In this document: positions 1 through 10,817 of the stretch, one piece after another
How positions within the stretch are numbered: the first letter of the stretch is position 1
Layout of the letters: each line of letters begins with the position of its first letter
Source: Octopus sinensis
Lineage: Eukaryota
Direction: 5' to 3'
DNA: 49,671 nt
Assembly: GCF_006345805.1 (NCBI RefSeq)
Contig: NW_021834306.1
Span: 1 to 49,671 of the forward strand
Program-made: the position numbers and the translations under genes
The notes under the pieces: model-generated
Told to the model about the DNA's origin: nothing
Seen by the model: only the letters and a program-made list of their open reading frames with translations
Database searches by the model: none

Positions 1-1196
1 ATATAATGCATATGTCTTTGCCAAATACTCAATTTGAAATAACGGGATTTATAGAAAATCATTCCAATATTCAAAATCAGCAAAACTTCATGGCAAATTA
101 AAAAATGGTCGATATTAAGCAAAATGGGATCTTTAAAAAATAAAAACCTCAGAGTAGAAAAATAATGACTACTACTTATTTTTTCAACTTTTTGTGTTTT
201 TGACTTTGGGATTTTTTATTGTGCCAAGAAAAACTAAAATTAAAAAAATTTTCATTCTAGTTGTTTTTCTTGTAATTTTTGAAATTATTAGTGTAATTAG
301 GTCTTTAAATCATAATTATTTTTCATTTGCTTTTCAAGAAAATTAAGTCTTTTTAATCTTTAGAATTGAAAATATTTAAAAATCAAGTTGAATGGAATAA
401 ATTAGAATTAAGGTCTTTTTATCAATAAGAAAAAATATTCTCATTCTTGTCACTTGGTTAGAGTCATTATTGGTGAAACATTTTCGTTAGTTAGATTACG
501 CAAACTTGCTTAAATTCCTGGCATTTCTAGCAATTTTGCACTTCACTGTATTACTAATCATCAAAATAGACTTTTTTAACTTTCCTAAGGATCTATTCTG
601 CCATCTCTGGGTGGCCCTAAGAAAAAAGGTTGTGACAAAGTCGACAGACTTGAAACCCAAAAATTGTCATTTCTTAATTGATATTTAATTATTTGAAAAC
701 TTATGGCCTATAATCATTCCCCTGTTCATAAAAATGGGAATCGTTAATTTGTAGACTTTAAAACAGTTATTTATCTAGAATAAGGGCAGACTTTTCAGAA
801 AAGCGACAAAACCACAATATTCGTTAATAACTCTCATTAGTGGTTTCACAATTTGTGTTTTCGAAAAATGTTAAAAACTGAAGGAGCAGTAATCAAAATA
901 AACAGAAATCAAACAGTTTTGTATAGTTTAAGCAACCGTCGAAATTATTAATCACATTGCAATTATAAAATATGCCATAATCTGCATAACTTCCTGGATA
1001 AAATGGAGGATATTCATTTACATGGATTACGTAAATGAAAGTATTACTTTTCGTACATGTCCTAACTAAATGATATAACCAAATGAATGAATCGATTAAA
1101 AAACACAATTTGCTGACTAAGCGAATCAATAAAACTGCGCACAAGCAATTAACCATGTATTAGTAAAGAAACCAGGAAAGAAGGTTAGAGATATAA

Positions 1197-1958
<762 letters not shown>

Positions 1959-2133
1959 TCAAACTAATTAAATATAAATTTTATATAGTTTAGATAATAA
2001 TCTGTTAAAAAAGAGAGTCTACCAATATGACATTTAATCTTTTGAGAGAATATAATTATTGGAAGTTATAAATTGCTTTTATAAAAATGAACAAACAATT
2101 TAATAAACTAATTATTACGATGTTACTCGCTTA

Positions 2134-3110
2134 TTATCCGCTGAAGATTAGTTTCCTTAAAGAAGAGGAAGTAACCAACCTTACTCCTATATCCTCTGCC
2201 TTCAAATCAGTTACGGCTCTTGGTCTCCTACTTTCGATATTGTCTTCATGCGAACAATTTGCTTCAATTATGAAGTTACTGGCTGAATTTGTCTCTTTAT
2301 CAGTGATTCCGTCCCTTTGTTCAACCACCATACTCTCCAGTGTTTTTTCCAACGACTGACTGTATATAGATCTAAGTTTAGTTCTCGAAAAATTTGGAAA
2401 CGACCCCGTCTAATGTCATAGCAAGTGGAATTATTTTGACTTGAGCGTCGTAGGAGCTGGACAACTACACAGCCAAAAGATTGTATTTTTAGTATTTATC
2501 AACTTTGGTTGCTTCAATTTATTCTTTCAATTTTTTGAATTAGCTGATTCCATACTTCCTACAAAAATGCAAAATGTAATATCACTACTTTTTTTTATGT
2601 CTTTAAGCATTTTCCCATACTTAGATGCTAAATGATATACGGTTTTTTTGATTCTCATATAATGGTTATAGAATGGGGCTATACAGCAAGTCCATTTTTT
2701 AAATAAAGAAGTTTTAGACTCCGTCGCAGTCATTTTTCTTTCAAACAAGGGCCCAATTGATGATGTTTAAAACAAAGTCTTCACTAAAGTCGGGTGTCGT
2801 ACTCTCTCAATTAATTGCTTGTTTCATTACATTACTATCGAATACTGAGTTTCTGGCTTTTCCATTCCAAACGTTTTTCAAAAAATTTATGCATTCGTAG
2901 TCCTCAAAGTTTAATTTAGCAACACTATTTTCACATAGATTTTTGCGAAACCTTCTGCGGTTAACCTCAAAGCATTTGTTATCTTTCGGAAAATCACTCC
3001 TCATTTTATAAATAAATATTTGTTTCTTTTTAATCCGTATTAAATTCTCAATTATCGACTGGATTCTGGATAGTTCTTCCTTTTTTGCACTTTTTATACC
3101 CATATGCACA
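2134..3110 (-). mobile_element. Decayed RLE-type non-LTR retrotransposon (R4/Dong-like) relic
   Basis: Fragments KCFEVNRRRFRKNL (pre-RT region), PLAMTLDG and EKTLES resemble the R4/Dong-like ORF; the latter two also occur in the 4834-5674 relic. Many stops and deletions. Confidence 0.55.
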
Positions 3111-3196
3111 CAACACGTCCATCACTTTTTCCTTTTCTGACACCAGGAGTGCTTGGTCCATTAAAGTTGTATTTTTTTCTATGTAGCTTCAACCCA

Positions 3197-4472
3197 ATTA
3201 AATGACAGATAATAATTCGGATTATAAAGTTTTCCAAACTTTAACGTCGAAAGCGCAAGCATTAGTGTTGACGCATCAAGCATTAGCTGTGGATGCTCTA
3301 AGAATTTGCTTTAAAGCCGCATATAAGCAAGAATTAGCGTTTTTTACGGAAATCAAGACAACATTTTGTAAAGAATCAATATTCTATATTTTCTGATCTG
3401 CAAGGAAACATATCTGAGAATTTTGCGATAAAAAAGTCACACTTATCAATAATTATTTCATTCATTTTTTAACTAATGACATTTTTCAACTCTAATTGGC
3501 TGTTGACATTCATAGAAATAACAAAACGCTTCCACACAGAGAATATACTCAAAAAAGGAGACTACGGTAATAAATATTCTAAGATTAAAATTAAGAAAGA
3601 CTTCAGTTAATCCTTCATAATAATGGATTCGGAATATTCTAATTTTTGTTGCAAGTTTTTACGACTTTGTTCAAGCATTCTTTGAAAGTTTCCCTATTTA
3701 AAGAAAAACATAAATATCATTGAAAATGATTCCATATATGTTCATTGCCGAAAAACAAAAATGTTTCTGCTTTTTTACTCGGTGCACCGTCAAATAGGGT
3801 GAATTTCCAGATTTGGCTCTCTTTTCGGACGTGTACAAACTGAAAATCCTACTTCGTCAAGAAAAATGATGTTCTTATCTTTGATTTCAATTTGCAAACG
3901 TCGAAAATTATCTCCATATTTGTTCTTAGTTTAATAGTTGTATTAATATTTTGCTTCGCAGCTATTTTCACTATTACTCGGACTGATATTTAACCGATAT
4001 TCAGAAAACAGCATGTCTCTTAACTTTGATAGTGTGAATAATTGATTATCATCAACCAAACCAGAATGTATTGCTTGTGTTAATTATTCAATTTGGAAGA
4101 ATAATCTCCACCAAGAAGTTTGCTCTCAATATCTCTGAATTTTCTCAATTGACTAAATATTTGGCTTATGAAGGATTAAGGCATGTTTAGAAAGACACTT
4201 ATTTCTTTATTGAATTTTCAATTAATTAAATATTCAAAAATCAGTTTCTTTGTTAAAAGGAATATTGTATTTTGTCCATATATATTACTTACTTGAACGC
4301 AGAATTTTCCGAAAAATGTTAGTGCTACTTATATGGGGTTTATAAGCTAATGTTTAGAGGTTCGACATTAATGCTTGAAACGTGAACACTAATAATTGAT
4401 GCTTCAACACTAATTCTTACGATTTCGAAGTTAAGCTTGGAAAACCCTATAAATAACCATCTGAATTTAATT
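3197..4472 (-). mobile_element. Old IS630/Tc1/mariner element with diverged ~160-bp terminal inverted repeats
   Basis: 3197-3353 is an imperfect inverted copy of 4306-4472. Between them the minus strand gives NIIFLDEVGF (~3845-3880) and YLLP*SPFL (~3550-3580), which are DDE motifs. Confidence 0.65.
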
Positions 4473-4833
4473 CAATCCATCAATCAACAATTTCATAAAT
4501 GGACATTTCTCATATATTTATTGAAACACCCACTAAATACTGATCATATCTCGATTGATCATTGGAGAATTGTATTTCACTCACATGACAACTCTCTGCT
4601 TTCATAATAATCAGTGAATTACGACACAAAAGAATGATGCGCTTCTATTCATAAAAAATATTAAAACATCTGACAAATGAGTGTTTATGGTCGAGTGCAT
4701 CGGGATCAAGTGACGTTTGTTTGATAAAATAAAAAAAATAAATTAGACAAAATTGTCGAGACGTTTAAAATAGCCGATTTGATTAAGCAAATAAGAAAAA
4801 AACCACTGCATGGAATTCTCTTTGAGTGTTTAA

Positions 4834-5674
4834 ATGATTTCAACGTCGATATTGGTGAATCCTCTTATTGATTATCTGATGGAAATAATTTCAAAAACAG
4901 AGAGACTTTTGTGTCCAATACAGGACCATAACCTAATTTTCGAAAATGTTAGAACATTGTGTAGACAATGTAACTCAGCCACGAAGACAGTTGATCACTT
5001 AGCGACGAGGTGTGGTCGAATGCTAAATAGTGATAAGACACAACGAATTAGTGAAGTGCATACATCAGCATTTATGTTCGAAGTATGGAATTAAAAAATC
5101 CAGGAAGTTGAAAACTCATTTTGTTCAGTCAGTAGTTGCGACTAACACTGTGGAGATTTGTGTAAGTACAGATCTGAGGGTCGAGAATAACCAGCCGGAC
5201 ATCTTCATACTCGAAAAAATGCAAGTTGAGGTAAAAAAGCTCCACAAATACGATTTGTTTGCCAGTGAACTGGGAGTAATCCATAACGCAAAGGTAACTA
5301 TAGTACCACTGATACTAACGTTGGAAGGTGCTGTGAGTAAATTCCACAAACATCACTGCGACTCAATTGCCACAAAGGACCCACACGAGCTTAATATCTA
5401 GTCTGTGGTCATCCGGAAAACATTGGAGAGCATGCGTACAGAATATAAGTTTGAAATGTACTCACTCGAAGATCGCCAAATGACCCGGTTTACAAAGACA
5501 ACGACAGAAGAAGCTTCCCCTAGTGAGACCATGGAATCGGGCTCAAGAACAACCACAAAAATCGCATGGCCTATAAAATGGATAATTGTTCACGTCAAAG
5601 ACATTGGCTCGGAAGAGGAGGAGAATCGAGTAAAGGCAGACGAATTAATTAAAAACTATTTCAAATTTGTTTAA
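4834..5674 (+). mobile_element. 3' part of RLE-type non-LTR retrotransposon (R4/Dong-like): CCHC finger plus restriction-like endonuclease, frameshifted
   Basis: CRQCNSATKTVDHLATRC, RHNELVKCIH, QPDIFI, KYDLFASELG, PLILTLEG and RKTLES across three frames. Confidence 0.85.
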
Positions 5675-5786
5675 TGAATTGATGACTAATAATATCTGAT
5701 TTATATGATAATTCGAAAACACCCCTCAGATAACCCAAGTCAACATTACTACATTAACATTAATTCAAAAGTCAATATCACACAGG

Positions 5787-8187
5787 TCAAAGACGCTTAA
5801 CAAAAATAGAAATCTCCAATTTGACAGCTTTCAGCTTATCCGAGTAAATACGCAACTTTTCATGGTCAACCGAGGGGTCTAAACTGTCAATCTTCAGGTT
5901 AATGGCATCTTCCAAACTCCTCAGTCCAGAGTAATACTCTGAATAACCCAGACAGCTCAAACCTGAAATAAACTGAGGGGTTGGATTAGACAACAAAGTC
6001 TGCAAATTTTCAATTTTTTTGAGCAGTTCTTTTCTTACTGATTGCAGTTTTCTGATCTGTTGAATGTCTTTGACAGACTGGATCTTCTCCTCTAACAGCC
6101 GAATGTCTATTTTGCAGACACCTAGACTGCTCAATCAAATCTCCCAACCCACCAAATATCAGTTCTCGACACAGGGAACTGAATACAGCTTATGGTCAGT
6201 TCTTGAGTGCACTTCTCCGTGGCAGAACGAATGCTCATTTTGAAGGATATGTCCCCACTGTTGGACGATAACTGGAATGGTCATTACAGAACTCGTCAAC
6301 TGAATGTTGGCAGTCCACCGTCTTATTCTTGGCCAGTGCTCCCAAAGGGATTCGAAGCTTCCCAACAACTTCGTCACGACGGAAAAACCCCCTTCGATGT
6401 GAGAAGGCCAAATCAACTTGTTTCGAAGAATAATCAACTCAAACCTTCGATTAGTCGACACAGATCTCCGGAAACGGAAAGACGTGGTGTTCACCTTCGC
6501 CAAAACAGGATTCGCAAAAACTAAACAACGTCAAATTAAAATCCAACCAGCCGATCCACCGACAAAACAAGCAGTTCCCGAGACTGCGGTGACATTACAG
6601 TCCTTCAATCAAATGGACAAACCAAAACCGAGCACATGGACAAGTCAGCTTCGAAACGGACTGTGGTGGAGTCGGGGAATGATTTATTTCGGTACACAAT
6701 CATGGACAGTTCGAACTGCCAGGAAGTCAAATGCGGGTTTATTCTAACAGTCAAAGCCAGAGAACTCAAACAGTGATATTTCCATTTTCTTATCATGTTT
6801 ATAAATTGACTCCAAATTTTCAACTTTGAAAACATGACTCCGTGTTTTGACAAGTTCCTCCCTCACGGAAAAAAGCCTAAAATTAACGGAATCCCACAAC
6901 CTCCTATAATCATCAGTCGAGTCATCCACATTGCCTATTACACCATCAATCATCCTCAATTGACTATCACAGTGCTCCACAACTTGCGAGTGTGATGAGA
7001 AATATTCTGAGACCTCAACTAGTGGTCTTGAAGGGAGGACGGGAATCTAAATTCCATCAAAAATTCCCAACTTGAGCAAGAGAGACCTCAGTCCCCGAAT
7101 TTAAATCCCTCACCAACGACTGTATTTGTATCAATTTGGGTCTCAATTCGGTCAAAAACTCGACTTGGCCTTTCTTTTTAGCATCCTGTTCCATCTCCAT
7201 AAGTTCTCGACATCTCTTTACAACCGCCTGTTTCACCCCTGAGACTCCCGACGTGGCTGGCAGTGGGGGACAACCCGGAGGACACACCAAAGAGGCATAG
7301 TCGTACTCCATATTACTCCTACAAGCATGGAGGGCTTCATTGAAGGTCTATAAGTCAGTCATTACACTACATTGACTATTCTCCCAAGTCTCCGGACTCT
7401 CGAGGTGTCTTTGGCCTGTTCTGCCACTGAAATGGTCTTTTCGATAGCAGCGAGTCGAGCTTTCAGACATTCTTCCAAAGAAATGACAGTTTTATGGACA
7501 TTCCCGTCAGTTTTTGTACTTATTTCACTTTTTTGTATTTCTACACGTTCGGAATGACTGGATGCTGAATTTTGTGGACGAGGGAGTGGCGGGAAGGGGG
7601 GACATCCAGGAGGACAGACGAGACTTTCAAAATCGAATTCCTTGTTTTCGTGCAGAGATTTCAAGGCGTCGTGGAAAGTCAAAAATTGGACATAATTAGG
7701 CTTACTGAGATTATTCGGCCCAGTCTTCTGATTTTTGAAAAATTATTTGCCGCCTTTGCTTCAGCCAGGGACTTCTGGATTACAGTGATCCGCAATTTTA
7801 GGGAATCCTCCATGCTCAACTCATTTGGTTGGGGTACCACCTAAAAATGTCACATGTTGGCAAAATACTGGGATTTCGGGGGGTTGGGGTTTCTCTGCTG
7901 AAATTCCATGTTCTGAAATGTCTACAAAATTATTGCCTTCTTCTGTGGTCTCTCTCAAAAGGGCGTCCATTTCTTTCTGTTGGTAAATGGATAGAAAAGA
8001 CCTCAATGTCTGCTTCGTCCTCTGAATTGAATGTCAAGTCATTTTTTGAATGTTTGTTTGCTTTTTTAAGTTGATTGGGTCTTTTTGGTGTTTGGTGTGG
8101 CATTGAGTCAGCCGCTTCAGTTAGTGACTCGAGTTCTTTTTCTAATGCTGAGTCAGAGCTGTCGATTGAGTATTCTTGGGGGTTCAT
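5787..8187 (-). CDS. CC2D1: Coiled-coil and C2 domain protein 1 (Lgd/Freud family), multi-exon with micro-introns
   Basis: DM14 repeats (SLKLRITVIQKSLAEAKAANNFSKIRRLGRII; CLKARLAAIEKTISVAEQAKDTSRVRRLGRIV) followed by PPGCPP linkers; C2 segment FSHRRGFFRRDEVVGKLRIPL; CC2D1A-like C-terminal helix. Example intron 7977-8001 (25 nt) restores the frame. The start may extend further 5'. Confidence 0.88.
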
Positions 8188-8815
8188 GAGATCAACCGCC
8201 ACACTAAATATCCACAAATTTATTTTATTTGTTATTTTTTAAATTACTATTTATTCATATTATTTAAAAAATATTTGTTTTTAATATATAAAATACTAAT
8301 ATACAAAAAAGTTCAATGATTTGTTCCGAAATTAAATTCGTATCTAGCTCATTTTATATTAATTTAAAATAAATATTTGATTTAAAATAAATCGAGTAAA
8401 ATACGTAAACGTGCTTATCATAAACAGAAACAAGTCGATTTTTTGAACTACAGTAAAATCCCTGCTGGTGGCCGTAATTTTAGCAAAAATTGAATTTTAT
8501 CTAAAAAATTTCAACAAATATTTTTTTGTTCAGAATTATTTTTTAACTTTTTTTCTAAGAGAATATTATTTGATTGAACTATTTTTCAAATGAACTTATT
8601 ATTTTTTTGAACTTTATGTGTTGGCAAAGAAGTGTAGTAGATTTATATTAGTAAACAACTTCGTATTATTGTTTACATAAAGGATTAATAAGTCTATTGA
8701 TGTCAAATAGATAATGAAATGAAATCATTAGTATTCGGCAAATATTGGATCCAGTTGATGAAAATCAATTAAGAATTTACGGAATTAGATTAAATGGAAT
8801 ACTATCTTGATATTA

Positions 8816-9174
8816 CAGTAGAAATCGGTTAATTTCATAAAATTTGTCCACGGAAAATCTTATCCAATTAACCGATATATGCAATTATCCGAATCGTCCT
8901 CATCGTCTTCACAAGAAATATCTCTTGACATTAAACATATTTCATCATCGGACATGATTCCGATACATTCGTCGTCCTCATTAGCAACATCCATCGCTAT
9001 GACATGTGCATTTTTATAAGAAAAAATAGTAAATGTTCCCAATGAGAGTATGCAATAAACCGATTTATGCAACTAACCGATACGCAATTATGCAATTAAC
9101 CGGTATATTTTAAATGGAAAGCATATAAATTATGATTTTAAACATAAATTTATGCACTTAACCGATTTCTACTG
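8816..9174. mobile_element. pogo/Tigger-like non-autonomous element (359 bp)
   Basis: TIR CAGTAGAAATCGGTTAA at both ends, TA on both flanks (8814-8815, 9175-9176), internal ATGCAATTAACCGA-like repeats, and an acidic ORF remnant on the minus strand. Confidence 0.88.
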
Positions 9175-9459
9175 TATTCAAATTCTCGCAGTACTGAGGG
9201 TAAGAATCTTTTTGGAAAATTTCTGCTGTGAAGAAAAAATTAAAGATGCTTAAAAAATAAAAGAATGATTTTAGGCTAATTTTTCATTCTAAAAATTGAA
9301 TCGATTATTAATAAATTACTCGCCGAATTCGCTTCTTATTTTTTCTTTGCTAAAATATTTTACTGTAAATATAACTAATTCAAGACTATTTGTGCGACAA
9401 AATCAACAAAAATAGTTCACAGAGTACAAAAACATTTAAAATATGATAGTTAATGAGTA

Positions 9460-9909
9460 TTAGGTGTAGAATTCATTCAGGTTGGTCAAGGATTGGTTGA
9501 AGGAATTAACAATATTTTGTCTTTCCTCGACACTCGTAGCTGTACAAAGCATCTTTCGAGTCTGGGCATTGTGATATATCGTAAAATGTCGTCGACACTG
9601 ACGAATACTTCCAGACACGTGCACTGTCTTGACTATAAGAGGAACACTCTCAATATTGGCAATAAATGGAAGAACTGATGCTACCATATTCTGACATTCC
9701 CTCCCAACTCTGACAATCACAATCTTCTGGTAGGGATTGATGTACATCACTTTCAGTTGCCCCACAATACAGGCCAAACCGTAGTCTCCATACAACAAAC
9801 TAGTCATTCTCTTCACTGCAGTGTTTATTGAGGCACCAGTAACCCCCTCCAGCTTACTCTCTGTGGAGTACAACTCACATATAAAATAACGTCGCTTAAC
9901 TCTCACCAT
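9460..9909 (-). CDS. POP5: RNase P/MRP subunit POP5 (149 aa, intronless CDS)
   Basis: MVRVKRRYFICEL start, LYGDYGLA and VHVSGSIRQC match the POP5/Rpp14 family. ATG at 9909. Confidence 0.93.
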   Translation of the reverse strand: MVRVKRRYFICELYSTESKLEGVTGASINTAVKRMTSLLYGDYGLACIVGQLKVMYINPYQKIVIVRVGRECQNMVASVLPFIANIESVPLIVKTVHVSGSIRQCRRHFTIYHNAQTRKMLCTATSVEERQNIVNSFNQSLTNLNEFYT

Positions 9910-9982
9910 CACAAACAACTAATTTATTTATTATTTAAACAACAAATAAAAGAATTAATAACTTAAATTAAACAAAAATTAA

Positions 9983-10536
9983 TTACTGATCAGAAATAAT
10001 TTCCCGAACTAATTCTAAACAATAAATTACAATAATAAACGTTCGTAGTTGACGTGACCCATCGAGGTGAAGTGCTTCATAATGAGCTGAAACTCTTCAT
10101 CAGTCAGTGGCTCCCCTGACGAAGGTTAGCCACACTAAACCTATCGAAGTGAACATTCGTCGACAATCTGCCACATAAAGTTGCCCAGAATGGTCTTTAT
10201 CAAAGATTCTGAACATTCCCAGGTAATCTTGGACAGTGAACGTGTCCTTGTTCTTTTTCATTGTTTGAACTATTGGAAGGAACTCTTCAAATGACACTCT
10301 CGGGTCTGGTCCGTCGAATTTGGCTGTACATTTCTTAATGTCTGCGAGAGTGACGTATATTCCTAGGCAGCGAATGGCATCCCCGACATGCCTGACAGCA
10401 ATCATGTCGTCTCCTCGGTCGTCATAGACGTTAAAGACTTCCCTGCACTCTTTTGATGTGTTAGGAATGTAAAAAAACCGGCAATGAAATTCTCAGTTAA
10501 CGAAGTCTATAATTTTACAAAATAACCACAAACCAT
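9983..10536 (-). CDS. MYL6: Myosin essential (alkali) light chain, 5 exons
   Basis: Introns 10507-10533 (27 nt), 10450-10478 (29), 10116-10140 (25) and 10015-10040 (26) give MTSLTENFIAECREVFNVYDDRGD...FDKDHSGQL...IGEPLTDEE...GHVNYEQLVREIISDQ*. Confidence 0.93.
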
Positions 10537-10817
10537 TAGGTATTAGCTATCAGGGATCGAATAATCTATTTAAAAATATTTCTTAGGGTAATTTCTTAAA
10601 AAAATATTTACAAATTAAAAAACATTATAATAATATTAAAAAATATCATAATATTTATTCATAATGTTTTCTAATCTATTAAAGATGATTATACGGTAGG
10701 TAAACAAACTAAATGAATAAACGAATTATTTAAAACTATTAAATAATTAAATTTATTATCAATTAAACATACAAATAAAATATTGTCACTAACTAAATAG
10801 TTTCCATTGGTGTCCCA
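10537..10817. promoter_or_regulatory. Putative bidirectional promoter between the light chain and TTC6 start codons
   Basis: 281-bp extremely AT-rich spacer between two divergent ATGs. Function is inferred from geometry only. Confidence 0.45.

Noticed and set aside
893-1156. 87-aa minus-strand ORF and a plus-strand CHNLHNF Harbinger-like motif
   Set aside because: No recognisable domain; the motif is too short to support a call.
4834-5674. Microsporidian origin suggested by the R4-like retroelement type
   Set aside because: High intron density and TTC6, CC2D1 and GAL3ST genes do not fit microsporidia.
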